DNA of 63,686 nucleotides, the filler included, from an uncultured Clostridia bacterium (lineage in GTDB: Bacteria; Aerophobota; Aerophobia; Aerophobales; B3-G15): NCBI GenBank assembly GCA_964482715.1. It is 3 parts of 3 records of this genome, joined end to end, with 100 filler letters (N's around TTAATTAATTAA, not from the genome) between each part and the next. Parts side by side here need not be neighbours in the genome. Positions count along the whole stretch, not along the records: positions 46,722 to 63,686 come from CAYZYX010000036.1; 2 more parts are not named here. The stretch is one strand, 5' to 3'. This document shows, piece by piece, positions 51,335 to 59,885 of the stretch. Each line of letters begins with the position of its first letter. Positions within the stretch are counted from its first letter, which is position 1. Under the pieces are notes generated by a model. That model made no database searches. It was not told the DNA's origin and was given only the letters and a program-made list of their open reading frames with translations. The translations under genes and the position numbers were made by a program.

Positions 51335-52256
51335 TGTTGGGTCAATTACAACCAAAGCTGTCATTTTAAATTCCCGGGGAAAGGTGGAAGCAAGCGTTTA
51401 CCTTCCCACTCAGGGATTTCCCGTTTTAGCCATTAAGTCATGTTTGAAAAAGCTGAAGCAGTTTATCATCAAAAATGAAATTAAGGGTGTAGGTGCCACC
51501 GGAAGTGGCAGAAAATTAGCCAATGTCATTGTGGGGGCTGATATTGTGAAAAACGAGATAACTTCTCAGGCGGTGGCTGCTCTTCACTTCAACCCTGATG
51601 TTCAAACGGTAATTGAAATAGGGGGACAGGACAGTAAAGTGATAATCATACGACATGGAGTAGTGGTTGATTTTGCCATGAATACCCTCTGTGCTGCAGG
51701 AACTGGTTCCTTCCTGGACCATCAAGCCAGAAGAATGAATCTTTCTATTGAAGAGTTTGGACGACTGGCTCTTGCTTCAAAAAACAAAGTGAGTATCTCT
51801 GGCAGATGCACTGTTTTTGCCGAATCTGACATGATTCAAAAATCTCAACTGGGATATGCTAAGGAAGATATCATCAGGGGACTTTGTGAAGCCCTGGTGA
51901 GAAACTACCTCAGCAATCTGACTAAAGGAAAGGAAATCCTGCCACCTGTTGTATTTCAGGGAGGTGTAGCCGCCAACCTGGGGATGAGGAAAGCTTTTGA
52001 AGATGTTTTGAAGCTGTCCATCCTGGTTCCTCCCAGTTATGCAGTAACTGGTGCTATTGGAGCAGCTCTTCTGGCAAAAGAAAATTACACCGGAAAACCG
52101 TCCCGTTTCAAAGGGGAGACTCTGCTAAGACATAAATATGTAACCCGGGGATTTGAATGTGACGGTTGCCCCAATCAATGTGAAATAGTAGAAATACTCC
52201 AGAATAATGAGATAATTGCCCGTTGGGGAAGCCGATGTGGAAAATGGAACATGTAG
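51318..52256 (+). CDS. ATP-dependent activator (HgdC/BadFG, ASKHA fold)
   Basis: GIDVGSITTK, EIGGQDSK, CAAGTGSF, GRCTVFAES, QGGVAAN; C-terminal CxxCxxxC...RC. Confidence 0.92.
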   Translation: MFLGIDVGSITTKAVILNSRGKVEASVYLPTQGFPVLAIKSCLKKLKQFIIKNEIKGVGATGSGRKLANVIVGADIVKNEITSQAVAALHFNPDVQTVIEIGGQDSKVIIIRHGVVVDFAMNTLCAAGTGSFLDHQARRMNLSIEEFGRLALASKNKVSISGRCTVFAESDMIQKSQLGYAKEDIIRGLCEALVRNYLSNLTKGKEILPPVVFQGGVAANLGMRKAFEDVLKLSILVPPSYAVTGAIGAALLAKENYTGKPSRFKGETLLRHKYVTRGFECDGCPNQCEIVEILQNNEIIARWGSRCGKWNM

Positions 52257-52258
52257 CT

Positions 52259-52552
52259 TTACTTTAAACTTTTTTCCAGCTCTCGCATTATCCTCAAGGG
52301 TTTGATTAGAAGACGGAAAGGCAAAGTGGAGGTAAAGTAAACAGGATGTTGACTTGCCTCTCGAGCCAATCTCAGTGGTTTGGTAAGAATTCTTAACTTC
52401 CAGCTCGGATGTGATGGCACAGAAGAAAGGGTGATTACCCTGCCACAGTTTTCGCAGACAAGCTTAACAGGTTTATTCCCTTCGTAGATTACTTTAACAC
52501 CAGATTCCTCAAAACACCAGCTACACTTTAAATTGGTCTTCACTTCTTTCAA
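52259..52552 (-). CDS. Small Zn-ribbon hypothetical protein (likely TTG start at 52552)
   Basis: CSWC...CENC; duplicated KPLR motif; AAGGAG SD before TTG. Confidence 0.65.
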   Translation of the reverse strand: MKEVKTNLKCSWCFEESGVKVIYEGNKPVKLVCENCGRVITLSSVPSHPSWKLRILTKPLRLAREASQHPVYFTSTLPFRLLIKPLRIMRELEKSLK

Positions 52553-52562
52553 TTTAATCTCC

Positions 52563-52979
52563 TTATTTACCTGAGCTGAGGATGGCAATGATTCTGGGTC
52601 TTTCTATCTTTTTCCCGTATTTTTTATCTCTGAGGTAAAGGAAAAGGGAAACACAGGCTAAAAAGACGAAAGCCAGAAACAGGGAAAAAGCTATACCCTC
52701 TACCAGTATCTGTCCTATTACAGCACCAATAAGAAAAGAAAAAGCCGGGACAAGGAACAAAAGTGCTGTTCCCTTAACAAGGAGCCCTCCTTTTATCTCG
52801 ACCTGTACCTTATCTCCCACCCTGATAAGAGCAAGACTCTCTGCCTCAATATACCTTTTTCCTTCCATCAACAAACCACAACTATCCGCCATGGAACAAC
52901 TTGAACATCTGGAGGAAGAATCAAGCTCCACTTTAGCTATGTTTCCCCTTATTTCAATAACTTTGCCAGTTTCGATCAT
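52563..52979 (-). CDS. RseC/MucC family (SoxR-reducing system) membrane protein
   Basis: ETGKV, CSSC....C cluster motif, VGDKVQV, two C-terminal TMs. Confidence 0.85.
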   Translation of the reverse strand: MIETGKVIEIRGNIAKVELDSSSRCSSCSMADSCGLLMEGKRYIEAESLALIRVGDKVQVEIKGGLLVKGTALLFLVPAFSFLIGAVIGQILVEGIAFSLFLAFVFLACVSLFLYLRDKKYGKKIERPRIIAILSSGK

Positions 52980-53119
52980 GATTTTTCCTTTTAAAATTAG
53001 CAAATTCTCAAAATAAGTCAAAACCTCAAGTCCTGAAATTTCTACAATCTCAAAATGCGCATACTTGCCTAATTTTTCTTTTTAACTATTATGAATAGGA
53101 GAAAAGGGCAGGTAAAATC

Positions 53120-54394
53120 ATGAAGAACAAACAGTTTACCCTGGAAAAAGAAACAAGGGAAAGTTCAACAATAGAAAAATCTCTGGGAAGAGTAATTTCT
53201 GAAAAGGAATTTATTTCCAAAGTTAAGGGAAGAGAGAAAAGATTTTTTGCACTGGGAAACCTGCTTAGAGAGAGAAAAGATCTGAGTCAGAAATACTACT
53301 CTAACCTGGAAAGCGAAGCTCATAGCCTGGAGACCTTCCTTGATAATCATCGGGCAAGGGGTAACAAAACTTTTTTCTTTCTTGCTGAGCTTGTAGCTTC
53401 TGTTAGATGGTTTGCCCGAACAATTCACACTCTCAAACATATACAGATAAGATACAAAAGTTATGGTCTCGAGGAAAATCAGGAATTTTTTAAGGATCTT
53501 TTTGATATTACTGAATTCTGTAACAGCGCTCTGTCAGACATCTATGACGTTCTGGTGGAGGAAGCACTTTCTCTGGGTATAGAAGTTTCTTCTCGACCTC
53601 TCGGAGAGGAAGAATTTGCTGAGGCAAAAACTGAGGAATACCTGGTTCAGAACATAGATGAGATTTTCTGTCTTCCTGAGGAAGAGAAAATAACCGAGGT
53701 TGCTTTCAAATATGTGGATGCAGAAAGAAAATTAACTGAACTCTTAGACCAGCCTCTATTTACCGAAGACGACATAGAAGAATCAGTAAGTGCCTTTCAT
53801 AGAATCCAGACAAAATACGACAGCTATATTAAAAACAGCAATGAGGAAAAAAAAGACCCAAGGCTCAAATTATTAAGAGGCTACATATCCATATCCCTTC
53901 ATCTCCTGGAGGCTGCCCTGTACCTTTATCATCTTTATGAAAGACATATCAGCACCAATAGAATAAGTGAAACTGGAAAAAGGCTCTCGGATATAATATC
54001 TCCACCTGCTGTAAACGACAAAGCAAAGGTGCTGCTTGGCTGGACAAAAAACTATGCTCAGAAGGGAAGCTTTCTGGCTAAAGATCTGTTAAAGGACTAT
54101 GCTGATGTAACCCTGGCCAGGGAGAGAATTCTAATTCCAAAAGGTTCCATTCTTCATCTCCGACCGGCCTCAGCCCTGGTTGAACCGGTTATTCAATGTC
54201 GGACACCGGTTCTGCTGGAAATAGACGGAAAGAGAGTCAGGGCAAATAGTGTTCTGGAAATTATAGCTGTTATGGGAGAGGTGGCTGACAAATTAGAACA
54301 GCAGGATGTGGAGATGGTTCTCCAGGGAGACGAGCAGGTGGTAAAAAAAATGAAAGATAATTTTTTAAGCAAAATTCTGGAAACTAAAAGTTAA
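53120..54394 (+). CDS. Large protein with C-terminal HPr (PTS phosphocarrier) domain
   Basis: LHLRPAS (His15 motif) and RANSVLEI (Ser46 motif) in the last ~95 aa; ~330-aa helical N-terminus of unknown family. Confidence 0.75.
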   Translation: MKNKQFTLEKETRESSTIEKSLGRVISEKEFISKVKGREKRFFALGNLLRERKDLSQKYYSNLESEAHSLETFLDNHRARGNKTFFFLAELVASVRWFARTIHTLKHIQIRYKSYGLEENQEFFKDLFDITEFCNSALSDIYDVLVEEALSLGIEVSSRPLGEEEFAEAKTEEYLVQNIDEIFCLPEEEKITEVAFKYVDAERKLTELLDQPLFTEDDIEESVSAFHRIQTKYDSYIKNSNEEKKDPRLKLLRGYISISLHLLEAALYLYHLYERHISTNRISETGKRLSDIISPPAVNDKAKVLLGWTKNYAQKGSFLAKDLLKDYADVTLARERILIPKGSILHLRPASALVEPVIQCRTPVLLEIDGKRVRANSVLEIIAVMGEVADKLEQQDVEMVLQGDEQVVKKMKDNFLSKILETKS

Positions 54395-54422
54395 TAAAAA
54401 CTCTATTTATCAAATAAAAAAA

Positions 54423-54989
54423 ATGAACGTTACAGAATATGAAGAAACCAGAAGAAAACTCATCCAGATGATAAAGGAAAGAGCCCTTTTTTTTCAGCTT
54501 GTTAAACTCTCCTCGGGAAAGAAGAGCAATTTTTATATAGACGCCAAGCAGGTAACACTTTCGGCTGAAGGGTCTTATCTGGTAGCAAAGCTCATCCTTC
54601 ATCTCATAAAAAAAGACAACGTGGAAGCCATTGGAGGTCCTACTATAGGTGCAGACCCCATTGTGGGTGCTGTTATCCAGCTCGGGTATTTAAATAATCT
54701 TCCCCTGAAAGGATTTATTGTTCGCAAAAACCCCAAGGGACACGGGATGCAGCGTTATGTGGAAGGGCCCCCTTTAAAAGAGGGGACAAGAGTGGCAGTT
54801 ATTGATGATGTAGTGACCACAGGCAGGTCAACCCTAAAAGCAGTCCAAGTAATGAAAGAGATGGGGTGTGAGGTGGTGAAAGTCATTGCTCTGGTGGATA
54901 GAAAGGAAGGGGCAGAAGAGCTTTTAAAAGACAACGGGTTCATTCTAACTTCCCTTCTCACCAGGGATGATCTAAAAATTTCAGAGTAG
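54423..54989 (+). CDS. pyrE: Orotate phosphoribosyltransferase
   Basis: LSSGKKSNFYID, VRKxxKGHG, IDDVVTTGRS, VDR. Confidence 0.95.
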   Translation: MNVTEYEETRRKLIQMIKERALFFQLVKLSSGKKSNFYIDAKQVTLSAEGSYLVAKLILHLIKKDNVEAIGGPTIGADPIVGAVIQLGYLNNLPLKGFIVRKNPKGHGMQRYVEGPPLKEGTRVAVIDDVVTTGRSTLKAVQVMKEMGCEVVKVIALVDRKEGAEELLKDNGFILTSLLTRDDLKISE

Positions 54990-55333
54990 CTCTTATTCCA
55001 GCAAAAAGCATCCACCCAGCTTAACTGTTAATTTTTGACAAAATCATGAAGTCTGTACTTTTACGCTGTCCCTCAACAGATTCGATAGCTTTAATAATTC
55101 GAGGAATTTGCTACCGATCGATACTTTGTTAGATCTCTTTCTGCTGAGAATTTCTCTAAATCTTATAGAAGAGTATTTTTTCAGCCTTTCTTCAAGCTTC
55201 TCAAAAGTCAAAGTCACTGTAAGGTTAATGGTAGTCAATTAAAAAATTAAATCAAGACCTATCATTTCTTGACTTATACACTATTACCGCTAAAATGAAA
55301 AAAGAAAATAGCATCTGGCAATAAAGGGGGTAT

Positions 55334-57748
55334 ATGAAGATTAAACCAAGAGAGCTTTCGTATAAGGAGCTACGGAGAGAATTTGATCTTTCCTCTCTGG
55401 AGTGTGAAACTACCGGTGAGCTTTCAGAAACGGAAGAGATAATCGGACAGGAAAGAGCAGTAAGAGCCATTGAATTTGGTTTAAATGTGGAAAGTCCTGG
55501 TTATAACATTTATGTTACCGGAATAAGTGACAGCGGACGTACCACCACAGTCCACAATATTTTGCAGAAAGTTGCGGCCACTAAAAATACCCCCCCGGAT
55601 TGGTGCTATGTTAATAATTTTGAAAATCCCGATCAACCAACAGCCATATCTCTTCCTTCCGGTAAAGGAAAAGTTTTTAAAAAAGACATGGAAGATTTGA
55701 TTGATAGTCTAAGAAAAGAGATACCCAAAGCTTTTCGGAGCGAAGATTACAAGGAAAGGAGAAGTTCTCTGCTGGAGAAATATGAAAATGAAAAAAAACA
55801 GATGATCACACAAATTGAAGAACAAGCCCGAAAAAGAAGATTTAGAATATTAAGGACACCTTTTGGATTTACCACCATTCCTGTGAAGGAAAATGGTGAA
55901 CCTTTAAAGGAGGATGAATACGAGGCTCTTCCACGGGAAGCCAAAGAAAAGATCCAGAACGAAATGGCCGCAATTCAGAAACAAATTGCTCAGACTTTTG
56001 AAAAGGTGAATGAACTGGATAAGAAGGCAAGAGACACGATAAACAATTTTAATCGTCAGATGGCACAATTTGTGGTGGAACAGAATATAAAAAGCCTTCA
56101 AGAAAAATATAAAGATTACCCGGCTATCCTCAAATATCTGGAAAATGTCACCCGGGACATAGTAAACAATATAGATGAGTTTTTTAGAGAAGAACAGAAA
56201 GGCGGACCCAAGGTCCCTTTTCAAGAGGAAGATAGATTTCTCAAATATCAGGTGAATCTGATTGTGGATAATTCTCAAACCAGAGGGGCACCGGTAATAA
56301 TTGAAAACAACCCCACTTATGGAAATTTGTTTGGACGAATAGAGAGAAAAATCCACTTTGGAGCTTTTGTTACTGACTTCACTAAAATTAAAGCCGGAGC
56401 AGTTCACCGAGCAAACGGAGGTTACCTGGTGGTGGATGTGCAAAGAGTTCTAATGTACCCCTTTGTCTGGGATACTTTAAAAAGAGCCCTCCGCACCAAA
56501 GAAATAAGAATAGAGGATATAGGTGAGCAGTACGGTCTTTTTTCCACCACAGGTTTAAGACCTGAACCTATCCCCCTTGATATAAAGGTGGTTATGATAG
56601 GCAGAAACGAGATATTCAATCTACTTCACTATTACGATGAAAATTTCAGAAAGATATTTAAAGTACGAGCCGATTTTGACTGGGAAACAAGATGTGATAA
56701 TGAGACCGTAAATAAGTGTGCCAGATTTTTGTGCAAATTATGCAACCAGGAAAAGTTAAAACACTTTGATAGGTCAGGTCTGGCAGCTATTCTGGAATAC
56801 AGTAGCCGGCTGGCAGGGGATCAAAAAAAGATATCTCTTCTTTTTGGTAAGATAGCCAACATAGCCCGGGAAGCAAACTATTGGGCAACTGTGAAAAAAA
56901 GTAAGTACATCACGAGAGAAATTGTGGAAAAGACCATAGAGGAAATGGAGTATCGAAACAGTTTGATTGAGAACAAGATAAGCGAAATGATTGAAGAAGG
57001 AACCCTCTATATTGATACTGAAGGGGCTAAAGTGGGTCAGGTAAATGGTTTGTCTGTTTACCAATATGGAGAATACATGTTTGGTAGACCATCTCGTATC
57101 ACTGCCCAGACCTTTATGGGTAACAAAGGAGTTATAAACATAGAAAGAGAGGCAAAACTCAGCGGGAAAACTCACGACAAAGGTGTTCTTATCCTGTCAG
57201 GTTATTTGGGGGGAAAATACGGAGGGAAAGCTCCTCTCGCTCTCTCTGCAACCCTGACTTTTGAGCAAAGTTACTCATATGTGGAAGGTGATAGTGCTTC
57301 TGCTGCTGAACTTTTCGCTATCCTCTCCAGTCTTGCTGACCTTCCCATTAAACAGGGTATTGCCATTACCGGTTCTGTCAATCAGAAAGGTGAAATCCAA
57401 CCTATAGGTGCGGTTAACGAAAAAATAGAGGGGTTCTTTGAAGCCTGTAAAAAAAGGGGGTTAACCGGGGAACAGGGAGTAATTATTCCCTTCAGTAACG
57501 TAAAGAATCTCATGCTTAAGAAAGAAATAGTAGAGGCAGTAAAAGCAGGTAAGTTCCACATCTATCCTATAAAGACAGTTGATGAAGGTATGGAGATTCT
57601 TACCGGTGTTCCTGCTGGTGAAAGAGGAAAGGATGGCCTCTTTCCTGAGGGAACCATTAACAGGCGAGTTGAGGACAAGTTATTTTATCTTCTAAGAGAA
57701 CAGGAAAAACTGAGAAAGATGGCCGAAAAAGAGGCTGAAACCTCCTAA
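55334..57748 (+). CDS. Lon-family serine protease (S16), LonC-like
   Basis: IGQERA, HRANGGYL, GQVNGL, EGDSAS (Ser), VNEKIEGF (Lys); degenerate Walker A GISDSGRT; promoter TTGACT-16-TAAAAT at 55269-55296. Confidence 0.9.
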   Translation: MKIKPRELSYKELRREFDLSSLECETTGELSETEEIIGQERAVRAIEFGLNVESPGYNIYVTGISDSGRTTTVHNILQKVAATKNTPPDWCYVNNFENPDQPTAISLPSGKGKVFKKDMEDLIDSLRKEIPKAFRSEDYKERRSSLLEKYENEKKQMITQIEEQARKRRFRILRTPFGFTTIPVKENGEPLKEDEYEALPREAKEKIQNEMAAIQKQIAQTFEKVNELDKKARDTINNFNRQMAQFVVEQNIKSLQEKYKDYPAILKYLENVTRDIVNNIDEFFREEQKGGPKVPFQEEDRFLKYQVNLIVDNSQTRGAPVIIENNPTYGNLFGRIERKIHFGAFVTDFTKIKAGAVHRANGGYLVVDVQRVLMYPFVWDTLKRALRTKEIRIEDIGEQYGLFSTTGLRPEPIPLDIKVVMIGRNEIFNLLHYYDENFRKIFKVRADFDWETRCDNETVNKCARFLCKLCNQEKLKHFDRSGLAAILEYSSRLAGDQKKISLLFGKIANIAREANYWATVKKSKYITREIVEKTIEEMEYRNSLIENKISEMIEEGTLYIDTEGAKVGQVNGLSVYQYGEYMFGRPSRITAQTFMGNKGVINIEREAKLSGKTHDKGVLILSGYLGGKYGGKAPLALSATLTFEQSYSYVEGDSASAAELFAILSSLADLPIKQGIAITGSVNQKGEIQPIGAVNEKIEGFFEACKKRGLTGEQGVIIPFSNVKNLMLKKEIVEAVKAGKFHIYPIKTVDEGMEILTGVPAGERGKDGLFPEGTINRRVEDKLFYLLREQEKLRKMAEKEAETS

Positions 57749-57750
57749 AA

Positions 57751-57783
57751 TAAAAAGGGGAAGTTAAAAACTTCCCCTTTTTA
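57751..57783. terminator. Bidirectional intrinsic terminator
   Basis: TAAAAAGGGGAAGTT-AAA-AACTTCCCCTTTTTA between the convergent lon-like and hsp20 genes. Confidence 0.85.
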
Positions 57784-57863
57784 CTCTATATTTAATACCA
57801 GCTTTTTGGCTGGCAGATTATAATGTGAGACTGATTTTTCGGATAAAAGTTCCTTTCTTGCTT

Positions 57864-57892
57864 GCAAGGGCTACCTCGAAGGTAGCCCTTGC
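57864..57892. terminator. GC-rich hairpin just downstream of the hsp20 stop
   Basis: GCAAGGGCTACCT-CGA-AGGTAGCCCTTGC, followed by a T-run on the + strand. Confidence 0.65.
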
Positions 57893-57895
57893 TTT

Positions 57896-58375
57896 TTATT
57901 GAACTTTTACTTCTTTTCTCTTCTCCTTTGCTTCTTCAGCCTTGGGTAAGGTGATTTCCAGAATTCCATTTTCATAGGTTGCCTTAGCTTCTTCCGCTTT
58001 CACCTTCACCGGAAGCGGAATTGTCCGTTGCCAGGCACTGTAAGCCCTTTCACAGCAGTAGTAGTCCTCGTCTTTTTCCTCTTTTTTCCGTTCCACCTTT
58101 CCTGATATACTTATATCATCCTCACCAACGGCAATCTTGATGTCCTGTTTCTTTACTCCCGGCATCTCGGATCTGAGAACCAGAGTGTCCCCTTTGTCTA
58201 CCAGATCTACAGGAGGAGTACCAATAAGGCCTTCCTCTCTCTCTGCCGGAAGTTCACTTCTTCGTGGAGAAGGGAGAATCCCCCATCTTCTTCGCTCACC
58301 CCAGAACTCGTCAAACATCTTTCTAATCTCTCGCTCAATGCGGGAAAATTCCCTGAAAGGATCCCACACAGCCAT
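57896..58375 (-). CDS. Small heat-shock protein (Hsp20/alpha-crystallin)
   Basis: WDPFRE, PPVD, EMPGV, ATYENGILEITLPK, C-terminal VxV. Confidence 0.96.
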   Translation of the reverse strand: MAVWDPFREFSRIEREIRKMFDEFWGERRRWGILPSPRRSELPAEREEGLIGTPPVDLVDKGDTLVLRSEMPGVKKQDIKIAVGEDDISISGKVERKKEEKDEDYYCCERAYSAWQRTIPLPVKVKAEEAKATYENGILEITLPKAEEAKEKRKEVKVQ

Positions 58376-58404
58376 GTTACCACCTCCTTTAATTTTTTGA
58401 AGAC

Positions 58405-58695
58405 TTAAAGTCTGTAGACTATTTCCTGGATTTTCTCAAGAATGGTAACAATTCCCTCATCACTTAAGGAGTAGTACACATAGAGAGCCTTTTTTCTCCT
58501 TTTCACCCATCCCCAACTTCTTAAAAGACCAAGATGCTGAGAAAGACTGGTCTGGTTCACGCCAATTCTCTCAGAGAGCTCACTAACACACTTCCTTCCA
58601 CTTCCAAGTTCCTGAAGGATCCTTATTCTTACCGGATGACTGAGGGCTTTTATGCACTCAGCCACCTGATCAAGCTCTTCTATTCTTTCTTTCAT
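58405..58695 (-). CDS. ArsR/SmtB-family transcriptional regulator
   Basis: KALSHPVRIRIL, CVSEL, SQHL, VYYSL. Confidence 0.93.
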   Translation of the reverse strand: MKERIEELDQVAECIKALSHPVRIRILQELGSGRKCVSELSERIGVNQTSLSQHLGLLRSWGWVKRRKKALYVYYSLSDEGIVTILEKIQEIVYRL

Positions 58696-58716
58696 TTTTC
58701 TATCCTCTTAGTTCCT

Positions 58717-58786
58717 TATATTATTATATTTGAATATAGTAAACTGTCAACCCTTTCTTGACCATACTACTTATTTTTTATATAAT
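58717..58786. promoter_or_regulatory. Divergent promoters (arsR-hsp20 and gpgS operon) with a putative ArsR operator
   Basis: Minus strand TTGACA(58750-58745)-16-TATAAT(58728-58723), overlapped by palindrome TATATT-N10-AATATA (58717-58738); plus strand TTGACC(58758-58763)-17-TATAAT(58781-58786). Confidence 0.7.
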
Positions 58787-58821
58787 AAAATTAGCTGCTG
58801 TAGCAAATTTTCTGAGAGGAG

Positions 58822-59850
58822 GTGATCAGTTTGGGATGGAGAAAAAATCTGGATCGCTGGATTAAAACTAACACTTTTCATCACAGTCGCTATTCTGATA
58901 TAAAAAAACTTGTAGAACTCAAAGAAAGAAAAAATCTAAAGATCAGTCTTGCTTTTCCAACTCTAAATGAAGAAGAAACCATTGGCAGAGAAGTTGAAGT
59001 TATGAAGAATGAACTTCAACTAAAATACCCGTTAATAGATGAAATAGCGGTAATAGATAGTGGCTCAACTGATAATACCCGTCAGATTGCTGAAGCAGCC
59101 GGAGCCGAAGTTTACCTGGCTTCTGAATGTCTTCCCCAGTATGGATTTATAAGGGGAAAAGGGGAAAATCTCTGGAAGAGTCTTTATATTTTAGAGGGTG
59201 ATATTATTCTCTGGCTTGATGCAGATATTAAAAATATTCACCCCAAATTTGCCTATGGTATTCTGGGGCCATTGCTTGAATTTGACCATATCTGCTATGT
59301 AAAGGGATTTTACGAGCGCCCCATTAAAGTGGGCAGGAGAATGAGAAGTTCAGGAGGAGGAAGAGTTACCGAGATACTGGTCCGTCCGCTTCTGTCTAAT
59401 TTTTATCCTGAACTTTCTGGATTTTTACAACCTCTTTCCGGTGAATACGCCGGAAGAAGAGAAGTTCTGGAATCTGTTCCTTTCCGGGTAGGTTATGGAG
59501 TAGAGATTGGTCTTCTAATTGATATCTATGAGCAGTGGGGACTTTTTTCTCTGGCTCAGGTTGATCTTGATAAGAGAATTCACAGAAATCGTGGCCTACA
59601 TGAACTGAGTAAGATGTCTTTTGCCATCTTACATACTTTCTTTACCCGATTGCAACAACAGGGTATAGTCTCCCTTAATAAGAAAATTGAAGAATACTTC
59701 AATACAGTAAAAGCAAAAGGGGAGGAGATCTTCCTTGTCCGGGAAAAGTTTACCTTCGTGGAAAGAAAACCCATGATTGAAATAAAAGAATACAGAGAGA
59801 AAAGAGCTCTTCTGGAAGCTGAAAATCTCAGGGCCACGGGTTCACAATAG
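58822..59850 (+). CDS. gpgS: Glucosyl-3-phosphoglycerate synthase
   Basis: PTLNEE, DSGSTD, GKGENLWKSL, DAD, GGRVTE, QPLSGEYA, GYGVEIG, HRN. Confidence 0.9.
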   Translation: MISLGWRKNLDRWIKTNTFHHSRYSDIKKLVELKERKNLKISLAFPTLNEEETIGREVEVMKNELQLKYPLIDEIAVIDSGSTDNTRQIAEAAGAEVYLASECLPQYGFIRGKGENLWKSLYILEGDIILWLDADIKNIHPKFAYGILGPLLEFDHICYVKGFYERPIKVGRRMRSSGGGRVTEILVRPLLSNFYPELSGFLQPLSGEYAGRREVLESVPFRVGYGVEIGLLIDIYEQWGLFSLAQVDLDKRIHRNRGLHELSKMSFAILHTFFTRLQQQGIVSLNKKIEEYFNTVKAKGEEIFLVREKFTFVERKPMIEIKEYREKRALLEAENLRATGSQ

Positions 59851-59885
59851 GTCAGGCAATATTTCTCTCTTAAAAATACCCTGGA

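Noticed and set aside
55044-55238. 64-aa intergenic ORF between pyrE and the Lon-like gene
   Set aside because: TTG start with no SD and no motif; cannot be supported, though a gene remnant is not excluded.
57785-57897. Possible small RNA between the two hairpins (TATAAT at 57819-57824)
   Set aside because: No matching -35 element; the hairpins are adequately explained by the convergent genes.
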